DNA of 64,000 bases from an uncultured delta proteobacterium. GTDB taxonomy: Bacteria > Myxococcota_A > Polyangia > Fen-1088. The first letter of the stretch is position 1. Each line of letters begins with the position of its first letter. The position numbers and the translations under genes are program-made. The stretch spans positions 160,001 to 224,000 of the forward strand of contig CAVYGB010000010.1 of the NCBI GenBank assembly GCA_963767925.1, read 5' to 3'. The notes under the pieces are model-generated. The model did no database searches. It was not told the DNA's origin and worked only from the letters and a program-made list of their open reading frames with translations. Shown here one piece after another: positions 1 to 11,790 of this stretch.

Positions 1-833
1 AGATCGCGGCCGGCGTGTTGCCCGACTCCGATCTGATCGGCGTCGAGGGGACCCTGGCCCAGCGCCAGGTGGCGCTGGTGCGGGGAGAGGCCCAGATCGA
101 GCGGGCCGCCGACACCCTGCGCGTGCTGCTGAACCTGCCCCCGGCCGACTGGGCGGCGCCGCTGCTGCCGACCGACGCCCCGGGCTTCGCCCACGTGGAG
201 GTGGCGTTCGACAAGGCGCTGGAGCGGGCCGTCGCCCTGCGCCCCGAGCTGGGGAGCGTGGCGATAAACCTGGAGCAGATCGCCCTCGACCTGGAGGTGG
301 CCCGCAACAGCCGGCTGCCCCGGCTGGACCTGCGGGCGGGGATCGGCTCGCTGGGCCAGGACGAACGTCACGACCGCACCCTCGAGCAGGTGCGCCGTGC
401 CACCGGGCAGCAATGGAACCTGGGGTTGGCCTTCGCCTGGGCGCCCTTGCAGGGCGCGGGCCGGGCCGAGGTGGCCCGGCTGGGCTCGGCGATGCGCGGA
501 AACGCCCTCGAGCGCGAGCAGATCCTGCTGACCGTGCGCTCCGAGATCCGGGAGGCCCTGCGGGCCATCGCCACCGCCGAGCGGCAGATCCACGCCTCGG
601 CCAAGTTCCGCGACCTGGCCGAGCGGAGCCTCGACGTCGAACAGCGCCGCTTCATCAACGGCCTGTCGAGCAACTTCATCGTGGCCCAGCGCCAGGCCGA
701 GCTGGCCGAGGCCCGCCTGGCCGAGCTGGAGGCGCTGATCCAGCACGAGCGGGCCAGCTCCGGGCTGCAGCTCGCCACCGGCGAGCTGCTCGAGGCCCGG
801 AACCTCCGGTTCGACCTGCGCCCCGGGGGCTGA
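1..833 (+). CDS. TolC-family outer membrane efflux protein (5' end lies outside the window)
   Basis: Open frame from the window edge. OEP-like helical repeats ('RPELG...ARNSRLPRLDL', 'LAERSLDVEQRRFINGLSSNFIVAQRQAEL') and a C-terminal 'LQLATGELL'. Confidence 0.85.
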   Translation, partial: IAAGVLPDSDLIGVEGTLAQRQVALVRGEAQIERAADTLRVLLNLPPADWAAPLLPTDAPGFAHVEVAFDKALERAVALRPELGSVAINLEQIALDLEVARNSRLPRLDLRAGIGSLGQDERHDRTLEQVRRATGQQWNLGLAFAWAPLQGAGRAEVARLGSAMRGNALEREQILLTVRSEIREALRAIATAERQIHASAKFRDLAERSLDVEQRRFINGLSSNFIVAQRQAELAEARLAELEALIQHERASSGLQLATGELLEARNLRFDLRPGG

Positions 834-946
834 TCGCGCCGCGCTGGCACGCCGCCGCGCGGCCCGCCGGACAGGCCTCAGGATCGGAGCCCTTTCCTCT
901 CCCTTTCCCCTACCTCTCCGTCGGTCCTCGTGCACAATGCTCGACT

Positions 947-2353
947 GTGCTTCCGAAGACCGACGCCCCGGGGCCAGCCGCGCCCAGGTGGCCCCCCCAG
1001 ATTCGCTACATCATCGGCAACGAAGCCTGCGAGCGTTTCAGCTTCTACGGCATGCGGAACATCCTGGTGGTGTTCCTGGCGGGCTACCTGCTCACCGACC
1101 TGCCGGCCGACGCGCGCGACACGCGGGCCCGCCAGATCTTCCACCTCTTCGTCTTCCTGGTCTATTTCTCCCCCCTGCTCGGGGGCTGGCTGGCCGACCG
1201 CTTCTGGGGCAAATACCGCACCATCCTCTGGCTGTCGCTGGTGTATTGCCTGGGGCACGCCTGCCTGGCGATCTTCGACGACAGCAAGGCCGGCTTTTAC
1301 ACCGGCCTGCTGCTGATCGCCCTCGGCGCCGGGGGCATCAAGCCCACCATCTCGGCCTTCGTGGGCGATCAGTTCACGGGCGCCCAGAAGGCCCAGGTGA
1401 CGACCGTGTACGGGGCCTTCTACTGGTCGATCAACCTCGGCTCGCTGACCGCGTCGCTCCTGATCCCCAAGCTGCTGCGGCACTTCGGACCGGCGGTCGC
1501 CTTCGGCCTGCCCGGCGTGTTGATGCTGGCCTCGACGGTGATCTTCTGGCTGGGCCGCCGCCACTACCACATCGCCCCGCCCACCGGCCCCAACCCCGAC
1601 AGCCTGGGCAACGTGCTCATGACGGCGCTGCGCAACCGCAAGCGCTCGCGGGCGGCCGGGCGCAGCCTCCTCGACGGCGCCCTCGAGGTCCACCCCCGGG
1701 TGGCGGTCGAGGGGGCCCGGGCCATGTTGCGGATCGTCCGCATCTTCGCCTTCATCCCCTTCTTCTGGGCGCTGTTCGACCAGAAGGCCTCGACCTGGGT
1801 GCTGCAGGCCCGGCGCATGGATCGGGAGATCGGGCCCTTCACCTTCGAACCGGCCCAGCTCCAGTTCATCAACCCGGCCCTCATCATGATCCTCATCCCG
1901 ATCATGACCGGGTTCGTCTACCCGCTGGTGGCCCGGGTCGGCATCCGCCCCACCCCTTTGCGGCGGATGACGCTGGGCATGTTCATGGCGGGGTTGGCCT
2001 TCGTGCTGACCGCCATGATCGAGCAGCGGCTCGACCAGGGGCAACAGCTCTCGGTGCTCTGGCAGCTCGGGCCCTACGTGGCCCTCACGGTGGCGGAGAT
2101 CCTCGTCTCCATCACCGGGCTGGAGTTCGCTTACACCCAGGCCCCTCCGGCGATGAAGGGGACCATCATGAGCCTGTGGCTCGTCACCACGGCGGTCGGC
2201 AACCTCGTCGTGGCGCTGCTGGCGGCGAAGCTGAACTTCTTCTCCGGCGCGGGCGCCTTCCTGTTTTACGCCGTGCTGGTCTCGCTGGCCGGTGTGGGCC
2301 TGGCCCTGGTGGCCCGGCGCCACGTCACCACCGAGTTCTTCCGCGAGAGCTGA
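947..2353 (+). CDS. POT/PTR family proton-dependent oligopeptide transporter (MFS)
   Basis: ExxERFxYYG-type motif 'NEACERFSFYGMR', 'GGWLADRFWG', PTR motif 'FYWSINLGS', 'GLEFAYTQAP', many hydrophobic segments. In-frame GTG at 947 taken as the start. Confidence 0.93.
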   Translation: MLPKTDAPGPAAPRWPPQIRYIIGNEACERFSFYGMRNILVVFLAGYLLTDLPADARDTRARQIFHLFVFLVYFSPLLGGWLADRFWGKYRTILWLSLVYCLGHACLAIFDDSKAGFYTGLLLIALGAGGIKPTISAFVGDQFTGAQKAQVTTVYGAFYWSINLGSLTASLLIPKLLRHFGPAVAFGLPGVLMLASTVIFWLGRRHYHIAPPTGPNPDSLGNVLMTALRNRKRSRAAGRSLLDGALEVHPRVAVEGARAMLRIVRIFAFIPFFWALFDQKASTWVLQARRMDREIGPFTFEPAQLQFINPALIMILIPIMTGFVYPLVARVGIRPTPLRRMTLGMFMAGLAFVLTAMIEQRLDQGQQLSVLWQLGPYVALTVAEILVSITGLEFAYTQAPPAMKGTIMSLWLVTTAVGNLVVALLAAKLNFFSGAGAFLFYAVLVSLAGVGLALVARRHVTTEFFRES

Positions 2354-2396
2354 GGCGGGGGCCGCGGCCGAACCTCATGCACTGGCTCTCGGGGCG

Positions 2397-3794
2397 CTAG
2401 TGCACCGCCGGCGCCTCCACCACCCGGTTCCGCACCATGTTCAGGTGCTCGCGCAGGACGTAGAGCTGGTCGGCGTACGAGGGTGGCGTCCGGATCTCGT
2501 TGACCCCCTCCTCGATCTCGTCGAGGCGCTTTCCGAGCTGGGCCCGCTGCTCGGGGCCCGGCTTGGTCAGCAGCTCGCGCTCGATGGCCATCAGGCCGCC
2601 ATAGACCCGGTAGATGCGCGATCGTACGCGCCAGCGGTACAGGGCGGGCGCCGCCCGGCTCAACGGGACGATGAGCACCAGCAGCGGCACCACCACCACC
2701 AGCATGCGATCGAGCAAGCTGGCCAGCCAGAAGGGTAGCCGCTTGTACATGAACTGCTTGCCGGACTTGTAGTACCGCTCGGCGTCCGCGCTGATCGGAA
2801 AGTCGCGCTCGAGGGGCATCGGGTACTGGCCGGCGTCGCGGAACAGGCCGGCCCGGCCATGGACCTCGCGGGCCGCGCCGATCAGCAGGTCGGAGAGGGC
2901 CGGGTGCAGGTCCTTGCGCGCCACCAACTCGACGGTGGGACCGACCAGCTCGTAGGGCCGGGGCGGGTGGTTGCGGCCCAGATCCATCGCCCCTTCGGGC
3001 AGCTCGAGCCGCGAGAGGAAGGGGAACCGGCGCACGTACCCGGCGGCCTGGCGAAAGTTCATCAGCGCGATCCCCGGGGTGTCGCGCAGCCGGCGCATCA
3101 TGCGAGGTGTGGCCGAGTCGCCCATCAGGAAGGCGGCGTCGATCTCGCCCGCCACCAGGGCGTTGGCCGCGTCCTCCCCGCCCAGCTCGAGCAGGGCCGG
3201 CGACTGGATGTCGATCTCGTTGGCCGCGAGCAGCTTCTGGGCCAGGGCCCGCGTGCCGCTGCCCCGGGGACCGATGGCCAGCCGCTTGCCCTTGAGCTGC
3301 GAGAGGCGCTCGATCGGCTCGGGGCTGCGGTAATAGACCATGAGGGGCTGGGCGAACAGGCTGCCCAGCGAGACGAGCTGCGAGATGTCCACGCCGTCGA
3401 TCATTCCCGCCTGGACGAACCCCACGTCGGCCCCGTCGGCGGGGTTGGCCAGCCGCTGCAGGTTGTCCAGGCCGCCTCGCGAGGGGAGCACCTCGACCTT
3501 GACCCCGAAGTTCTCGATGATCTTCTGGTAGCGATCGGCGTTCGTCCGGTAGCTGCTGCCCTCGGGTCCGCCCAGCAGGTGGATGGTGTCGGGCGGGGCG
3601 GGCCGCACCAGCGTCACCGCGGCCCACCCGGCCGCCAGCACGAGGATGAACACCGGCATCACCACGACGACGAGATCGCGCCAGGAGACCGACATCAACC
3701 GACCGGGCAGGCGCAGGCGGCGCAAGCGGCGCCGGCGCTCCTTGCCGGATGAAGGTGGAGGGATCACAGGCCCCGCGTTCGGCAGATCGGCCAT
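2397..3794 (-). CDS. TAXI-family TRAP transporter solute-binding protein, membrane-anchored, with C-terminal extension
   Basis: 'GPEGSSY', 'SRGGLDNL', 'LKGKRLAIGPRGSGT', N-terminal TM helix, second TM helix and C-terminal tail 'YADQLYVLREHLNMV'. ATG at 3794. Confidence 0.85.
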   Translation of the reverse strand: MADLPNAGPVIPPPSSGKERRRRLRRLRLPGRLMSVSWRDLVVVVMPVFILVLAAGWAAVTLVRPAPPDTIHLLGGPEGSSYRTNADRYQKIIENFGVKVEVLPSRGGLDNLQRLANPADGADVGFVQAGMIDGVDISQLVSLGSLFAQPLMVYYRSPEPIERLSQLKGKRLAIGPRGSGTRALAQKLLAANEIDIQSPALLELGGEDAANALVAGEIDAAFLMGDSATPRMMRRLRDTPGIALMNFRQAAGYVRRFPFLSRLELPEGAMDLGRNHPPRPYELVGPTVELVARKDLHPALSDLLIGAAREVHGRAGLFRDAGQYPMPLERDFPISADAERYYKSGKQFMYKRLPFWLASLLDRMLVVVVPLLVLIVPLSRAAPALYRWRVRSRIYRVYGGLMAIERELLTKPGPEQRAQLGKRLDEIEEGVNEIRTPPSYADQLYVLREHLNMVRNRVVEAPAVH

Positions 3795-3851
3795 GGCGCT
3801 TGAAGGTATAGTGGGTGAGCCGTGCTGCCACGACATGTGACGGTGTCCACG

Positions 3852-5561
3852 ATGCTGGCGGCAGTGGCGGGGCCGGCGCTGGCGCTGGGGTGCCTGCCCG
3901 AAGGTGGCCCCGGCCTGGGCGAGCCGCTGATCACCCAGCGCGGCCTGTACGGGCTGGTGTTCGCCCCCGCCCGGGACGACGGGCCGGCGGGCGTGCTCTA
4001 CGGCCGGCGGGCGTCGGTCCCTCGCCCGCCCCCCGCCGCCGGCGAGCAAACCAGCGCCGGCTGGCCGGAGGACCTGTTTTACCTCGGCGAAGGCGCCGCT
4101 CCCCGGCTGCTGCTGGAGGACTACGCCGGGCCGTCGCGCTGGGATGCAGCGGGGCGCCTCTACGTGCAGCGCGACTTCTCCTTTCGCTTCGATCCCGCGC
4201 GCGAGAGCGGCGTCGCGACGTTCGAGCTGTGGCGGTTCGAGCTGCCCGGGGCGGCCGGGCTGCTGCTGGGGCGGATGGCCGGGATCGAGCTGTCGCCGGC
4301 CGGCCGCCGGGTCGTGTACGGATCGGCCGCCGGCCAGTGGGTGCTGCGCACGCTCGACGATCGGGAGTTTCCCTTGCCTGCCCTGGGGCAACACCAGTTC
4401 GTCGGGGAGGACCTCTACTTCGTGAGCGAAGGCGCGATCCTGCGCGTCAGGGATCCGGAGGCGCCTCCCGCGCTCGTGCTGCCCGGACGGGCGGCGTCCT
4501 TCCAGGTGCGCGGCCAGGCCGACGGCCACCTCGTCCTCCAGATCGCCGACGCGCCGGAGGGATGGCGGATCGCCCTGGTGGCGGCGGCGGGCCCCGAGCC
4601 CACGAGCCAGGTGCTCGCCACGACCCGGCCGCTGGCCGGACCCGCGCTGGCGCCCGACGGCCGCCGCGTCGCCTGGATCGAGCGGGCGGGTGAGCCGCCC
4701 TCCGATCGCGGGCGGCTGCGCATCCGGGAGCTCGACAGCGGCGCCGAACGGGCGGTGGAGATCGGCTTGCCCCCGCCGCCGGGGCCCAGCGCGGGGCCCG
4801 ACCTCCCCCTCACCCCGGTCCCGGCCCGCCAGGTGGAGGTCGACCTGGAGTTTCGCCCGGGCAGCGATCAGCTCTGGGCCTTCTTCGAGCGGGAGGTGCG
4901 CGTGTTCGACGCCGCCGGGCAGGCGCGCCTGGTGCGCCGGCGAGGCCGGAGCCGCACCGGCTACACGTTGCCTCGCTTCGTCGATGCCGAGCGCTTCCAG
5001 GGCGGGTCCTCGGGGGTCCCGAGCGGAGCCCGCGATCCCCAGCGCAGCTCCCGCTTCAGCTCGGACGGGCGGTTCTGGACCCTGATCGACGACGAGGAGA
5101 ACGGTCACCTGGGTCCCGCCGACGACCCGGCCGCCCCGCCCATCGTGCGCCTGTTCGGCAAAGGTGGCTTCGAGCCCGGCGTGCTGGAGGTGGGGCCCGG
5201 CCGCCAGGTGGCCTTCTGGTCCTCGGCCGACGCCGACCGCAACGAGCTCCAGCTCGCCGACCTCGGCGCGAGGACTATCCGCCGGCTGGCCCGCAACGTG
5301 AGCCGCCTGCAGTTCGGCGGCGCGCGGGTGCTCCTGCTCGGTCGGGCCAGCAGCGGCTCGGGGGAGGGGCCGGGTGACCTCTCGCTCGTCGAGCTCACCA
5401 CCGGCGCGGTGACCCACCTGGCCAGCAACGTGACCGACTTCGCGCTGGAGGCGGCCTGCCCCCTCTGCGATCCGACCGACCCCGGCGCCCGGCTGGTCTA
5501 CGTCGTGAACGCACGTTTCCCCTGGAGATACGACGGACTCTGGCGGGGAACGCTGCCGTGA
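3852..5561 (+). CDS. Hypothetical lipoprotein, probable beta-propeller (TolB/PD40-like repeats)
   Basis: Lipobox-like 'LALGC'; repeats such as 'LSPAGRRVVY', 'LAPDGRRVAW', 'FSSDGRFW'. Stop overlaps the next start (GTGA). Confidence 0.65.
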   Translation: MLAAVAGPALALGCLPEGGPGLGEPLITQRGLYGLVFAPARDDGPAGVLYGRRASVPRPPPAAGEQTSAGWPEDLFYLGEGAAPRLLLEDYAGPSRWDAAGRLYVQRDFSFRFDPARESGVATFELWRFELPGAAGLLLGRMAGIELSPAGRRVVYGSAAGQWVLRTLDDREFPLPALGQHQFVGEDLYFVSEGAILRVRDPEAPPALVLPGRAASFQVRGQADGHLVLQIADAPEGWRIALVAAAGPEPTSQVLATTRPLAGPALAPDGRRVAWIERAGEPPSDRGRLRIRELDSGAERAVEIGLPPPPGPSAGPDLPLTPVPARQVEVDLEFRPGSDQLWAFFEREVRVFDAAGQARLVRRRGRSRTGYTLPRFVDAERFQGGSSGVPSGARDPQRSSRFSSDGRFWTLIDDEENGHLGPADDPAAPPIVRLFGKGGFEPGVLEVGPGRQVAFWSSADADRNELQLADLGARTIRRLARNVSRLQFGGARVLLLGRASSGSGEGPGDLSLVELTTGAVTHLASNVTDFALEAACPLCDPTDPGARLVYVVNARFPWRYDGLWRGTLP

Positions 5562-7804
5562 CTGGCCTGCCGGCCACGGTCCTGCTCCTTGGCGCGCTGA
5601 CCGCCGGGCCCGCCGGCGGGGCGACGAACGGGGCCGGGGCGGCGCCCGGCCCGGACGCGGGCCTGCCGGTGGCGCCCAGCCTGGCGCCGGCCGCCCCTCC
5701 TCCGGAGGAGCCGGCCCGTCCGGCGGTGGTCGTACGCGGGCAGCTGTTCGTGCGGGGCTCGAGCGATCCGGTCGGCGGCGCCAGCGTCGTTGTCGACGGA
5801 CTCGTCGCGGGCGAGACCGATGCCGAGGGGCGCTTCACGCTGGTGGTGGCCCCCGGGCGACGGGTGGTGCAGGTCCAGCACCCGGGCTACGAGCCCCTGA
5901 CCCACTTCCTCCCGGCGGACGCCGGGGGGCCGCTCCTGGTGCTGCGGCTGTCCGCCGCCACCGGCGGAACCCTCCGCTACGAGACGGTGGTGCGGGCCGA
6001 GCAGGAGCAGGGCTCCAAGCGCACCCTGTCGCGGGCGGAGATCACCCGCACCGCCGGATCGCTCGGAGATCCCTTCCGGGTGATCGAGTCGCTGCCCGGC
6101 GTCGCCAGCATGTTGTGGCCGCTGCCGATCTACACCGTGCGGGGGGCCAACCCCGGGAACACCGGCTATTTCCTCGACGGCGTCCGCATCCCGGCGCTGT
6201 TCCACTTCGCCCTCGGCCCCGCCGTCGTCCACCCCCACTTCCTCGAGAGCCTCGACTTCTACCCGGCCGGTTATCCCGCCCGCCACGGGCGCTTCGTCTC
6301 GGGGGTGGTCAGCGCCGCAACGGGCGCGCCGCCCGCCGATCGCCTGCGCGGCTCGGTCGACGTGCGCCTGTTCGACGCCGGCGGGATGGTGTCGGTCCCG
6401 CTCAATGATGGCCAGGGCAGCGTGGCGGTGGCGGCCCGCTACGCCTACCCGGGAGGCCTCGTGACCACGCTGGTCGAGGACGTGCGCTTCCACTACTGGG
6501 ACTACCAGGCCCGGGTGGAGCACGTCCTCGGGCCCGGGCGCCTGTCGCTGACCGCGATGGGCTCGTACGACCTGCTGGCGGTCCGCTCGAGCGAGGTGGG
6601 CGGGCCCTCCTTCGGCGGCCCGGTCGTCACCCGGGAGAGCGAGGAGGCCCTGCGGCTGCAGTTCCACCGGCTCGACCTGCGCTGGCGGAGCGCGGCCGCG
6701 GGCGGCCGGCTGGCGGCCGCCCTGGCCCTGGGGATGGACCGCACCGAGGTCCCCTTCGACGAGGGGAGCCAGCTCGGCGCCCGCGCGCGCAGCCTGACCC
6801 CCCGGGTGAGCTACCAGCGCGCCCTCCGCCCCGGGCTCGACCTCGAGGCCGGGCTCGACGGCGAGGTGATGGCCTACGAGGGCCTGCTGGATCAGCCCCG
6901 GCCCAGCGTCACCTTCGCCGCCTTGACCAGCTCGCGCACCGGCGTGCAGATCGGGGCCCACGGCAGCCTGGTCTACCGCCTGCACGACCGGGTCGTGCTG
7001 AGCTCCGGCCTGCGGCTCGACTTCTTCAAGGACGGTCCCGGCACGGCCTTCGACGCCGGCCCCCGGCTCAACCTGCGCCTGCGGGCCAGCGACTCGGTCT
7101 GGTTCAAGCTGAGCGGCGGACGGACCAGTCAGCCGCCCAGCCTCCCCCTGCAGCTCCCGGGGATCGAGGCGGGGGATCTCGCGCGCCACGGCCTGCAGAC
7201 CGCCTGGCACGGCGGGCTGGGCGTCGAGGCGAGGCTGCCCGGGGTCGAGCTCGACGCCACGACCTTCGTCCAGCGCTACGTCCTGACCGACATCCGGGAC
7301 CCCGACTACGGCGATCCGCTGCTCGACGACTTCCTCATCCGCCGGGAGGGCCTGTCGTACGGTCTCGAGCTCATGGTGCGGCGGCCGCCGGGCGAACGCC
7401 TGCACGGCTGGCTGGCCTACACCCTCTCGCGCAGCCTGCGGGCCTTCGAGGGTGGGGTGGTGGGCCCCTCGGACTGGGACCAGCGCCACGTGGTCAACCT
7501 GGTGCTCGGGTACCGCTGGGGTCGCACCTCGCTGGGGACCCGCTTTCACCTGCACACCGGCCGGCTGGTCCGGGTGGACGGCACCAGCGCCCTGGAGATG
7601 GCCCGCCTGCCCGCCTTTTATCAGCTCGACCTGCGGGTCGATCGCCGCTTCGTCTACGACCGCTGGGTCCTCGAGGCCTACCTCGAGCTGGTCAACGCCA
7701 CCTTGACCCGGCAGGTGATCGGGCTGCGCCTCGACCGGGAGGGCATCGAGGAGGAAGGCTTCCGCATCGCCCTCCCCTCCCTGGGCCTGCGGGCCGAGTT
7801 CTGA
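5558..7804 (+). CDS. TonB-dependent receptor with N-terminal carboxypeptidase-regulatory-like domain
   Basis: 'TDAEGRFTL...HPGY' N-domain; plug motifs 'GDPFRVIESLPGV', 'VRGANPGNTGYFLDG', 'GYPARHG'; barrel motifs 'GWLAYTLSRS', 'WDQRH'; C-terminal Phe ('LGLRAEF'). Confidence 0.9.
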   Translation: MTGLPATVLLLGALTAGPAGGATNGAGAAPGPDAGLPVAPSLAPAAPPPEEPARPAVVVRGQLFVRGSSDPVGGASVVVDGLVAGETDAEGRFTLVVAPGRRVVQVQHPGYEPLTHFLPADAGGPLLVLRLSAATGGTLRYETVVRAEQEQGSKRTLSRAEITRTAGSLGDPFRVIESLPGVASMLWPLPIYTVRGANPGNTGYFLDGVRIPALFHFALGPAVVHPHFLESLDFYPAGYPARHGRFVSGVVSAATGAPPADRLRGSVDVRLFDAGGMVSVPLNDGQGSVAVAARYAYPGGLVTTLVEDVRFHYWDYQARVEHVLGPGRLSLTAMGSYDLLAVRSSEVGGPSFGGPVVTRESEEALRLQFHRLDLRWRSAAAGGRLAAALALGMDRTEVPFDEGSQLGARARSLTPRVSYQRALRPGLDLEAGLDGEVMAYEGLLDQPRPSVTFAALTSSRTGVQIGAHGSLVYRLHDRVVLSSGLRLDFFKDGPGTAFDAGPRLNLRLRASDSVWFKLSGGRTSQPPSLPLQLPGIEAGDLARHGLQTAWHGGLGVEARLPGVELDATTFVQRYVLTDIRDPDYGDPLLDDFLIRREGLSYGLELMVRRPPGERLHGWLAYTLSRSLRAFEGGVVGPSDWDQRHVVNLVLGYRWGRTSLGTRFHLHTGRLVRVDGTSALEMARLPAFYQLDLRVDRRFVYDRWVLEAYLELVNATLTRQVIGLRLDREGIEEEGFRIALPSLGLRAEF

Positions 7805-7829
7805 GCGAGACCTCCGCGAGCGCCGGAAG

Positions 7830-8783
7830 CTAGAAGCGGCCCTGGACGCCGTCGGAGGTGAGGGCGAAGGCGGGCTCGCGGCGGGGGGGCCGGTTCTCGG
7901 TGAGGCCGAGGTAGAGGGCGACGCCGCCCGCAATCACGGTGCCCACCGTGAGGGCGTCGGCCACGCCGGCGAAGGTGACCATGCGGCGCCGGGCCTGCTC
8001 GATCGCGGGCCGGGTGGTGGGGATCTGGGCCAGCTCCTGCTCGAAGTCCCGGTGGGCCTCGCGGGTCAGGAGGGCGAAGCTGCCGGCGGTGACGGCCAGG
8101 GCGCCGGTCGTCAGCAGGCCCAGCCAGGTCTTGAGGCGGGGGCGGGCCGGCGTCACCTCGGCCCGGGTGCGGGCCACCGGCGCCGGCAGGGTCACCACCG
8201 GGTTGCTCATCTCCGGCAGCTCGAGGGCCACCTCGAGCCGCTCGCCGCCGGCGGCGGTGACGGTCACGGTGGCGGGCAGGTGGCCGGGCTTCAGGGCGGA
8301 GACCCGGCGCACGCCCGGGTTGATCCAGACCGGGCGGGTCATCGGGGCGGTGCCGGCCCGGATCTCGTCGACCGCGATGGTGGCCCCGGGGACGTTGGTC
8401 GTCACCGTGAGCTGCGCGACCCGCCCCTCGAGCTCGGTGATCTCCCCCTGCACCTTGACCCGGCGTTCGGCCGGGATCTGGTCGCCGCCGTAGGCCAGGT
8501 AGCGGCGAAAGGCGCGCATGGCGGCGACGTAGTTGCGCAGCTCGAACTGCACCTGGGCGATGTTGTATTGCAGGCGGTAGGAGGGAGCGAGCTGGGAGGC
8601 CTTCTCGAACTCGGCCAGCGACGCCTCCAGGCTGCCCTCCCGGTAGAGCTGCACCCCGCGGGTGAACCGCTCGCGGGCCTCGGTGACCGCCGCGGCGTCG
8701 GCGGGGATGCGCGCCCCTTCGGCCCGGGCCAGCGGCGCGAGCAGCAGCAGGGAGAGCACCAGGGTCGGGATCTGGGTGGTCAT
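7830..8783 (-). CDS. TPR + PEGA domain secreted/membrane protein
   Basis: Signal peptide, 'EARERFTRGVQLY' TPR-like segment, PEGA 'VTTNVPGATIAVD...G.APM', C-terminal TM pair. AGGAGG RBS before the ATG at 8783. Confidence 0.85.
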   Translation of the reverse strand: MTTQIPTLVLSLLLLAPLARAEGARIPADAAAVTEARERFTRGVQLYREGSLEASLAEFEKASQLAPSYRLQYNIAQVQFELRNYVAAMRAFRRYLAYGGDQIPAERRVKVQGEITELEGRVAQLTVTTNVPGATIAVDEIRAGTAPMTRPVWINPGVRRVSALKPGHLPATVTVTAAGGERLEVALELPEMSNPVVTLPAPVARTRAEVTPARPRLKTWLGLLTTGALAVTAGSFALLTREAHRDFEQELAQIPTTRPAIEQARRRMVTFAGVADALTVGTVIAGGVALYLGLTENRPPRREPAFALTSDGVQGRF

Positions 8784-8793
8784 GTCGGCCCTC

Positions 8794-10502
<1,709 letters not shown>

Positions 10503-10506
<4 letters not shown>

Positions 10507-11363
10507 CGGGGTGCCGGGAGCATGGTTGTGTAGGTGATGGTGCCGGGCCGCACGAACACGCCCACGCTGGCGATGCGGCGCTGGTCGGAGGCGAGCCAGC
10601 CGCTCACGCTGATCGGTCCGGTGGGCAGGTTGATCATGCCCGCCCGTCCCGAGCTGTCGGTGACGTCGACGCTGAACGAGGGGACCTTCTTGACCAGGTA
10701 AAACGGGGCGGTGGCGATGTCGGCGTCGTCGCTCGTGAGGCTCACCCCGTCGGCGGGCCGGAGCAGGCAGTCGTAAGAGCCGAGCATGAGGTGGCCGCGC
10801 TCGGGGACGATGGGCCGCCCGCCCTGGGCGGCGAAGAAGGCCAGCTCGCGGTCGGCCATCAGCGGCAGGGAGGGGAACTCGCGATCACCGCTGACCGGTG
10901 GGTAAAAGAAGTACACGCCCGGCATGCGGCCCGGAGGCCCGAACTCGACGAACCCGTCGAAGCCGGTGTCGAGCTCGAAGGCGAGGGCGCCAGCCGCGTC
11001 GCTGACCATGCCGCTGGCCAGCGGGCGGGCGCAGTCGAAGTCGAGCTTGTTACAGGCCCGCCCGGTGACGCCGCCGATCGGCGCGTCGGTGACCAGGTCC
11101 CGCAGGCGAAAGACCACCGACGCCTTGCGAGGCGCCGGCTCGGGCCAGGTGACCCCGCCAAGGCAGCTCCAGGCCGGGTTCGGCTGGCACACCGACTGGA
11201 CGCACACGGCGTCGGCGAAGGCCTGGTCGGCCCCGTCCTGGCAGTCGGCGTCGATCCGGCACTGCTGCCGGTAGGGCTCTACCAGCAAGCTGCAAGATGC
11301 AGAGAGGAGGGCGACGGAAATCCCCAGCGCCCGTTCGAGGAGCCGGCGTTCGCGCAATGTCAT
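10503..11363 (-). CDS. Hypothetical Cys-rich lipoprotein
   Basis: Lipobox-like 'LSASC'; Cys pattern 'CRIDADC..CVQSVC..WSC'; GGGGGA RBS; stop overlaps the kinase ATG (ATGA). Confidence 0.75.
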
Positions 11364-11790
11364 CGTTCCCCCGTGACCATGAGGTTGGTACAAGCGAAGA
11401 CCGTCCACGCCGCCGCGGGGAGAGTCTCGTGAGGGTTACGCTCCGACCACCGCCCGGTTTCTCTGTCATGCGCCACCTCGGCCAGACGCATGGGGGCCGG
11501 CCCGTATCGTACCTCAGCCCCTATCTTGTTCAAGCCAAAGTGCACGCAAACGCACGGCCCTGACGATGCCAAACGATTACAAGACCGCATCGCGAACGCA
11601 TCGGAATCGTGGCCGCTTTCGCTCAGCGCGCGCGTCCTCTCCTTCGCCGCGGACTGCCTGCGCTTTCGTCGCGGGCGGAGCGCGCTGCTCGCCGGTTCGC
11701 GTGGTCCTACCTTTCCCGACGCCGACGGTGATTTTCGGTGGCGTGCGGTTCCTTGACGAGCACCCAGGTCCCGAGGTCACTAGAACGTGG

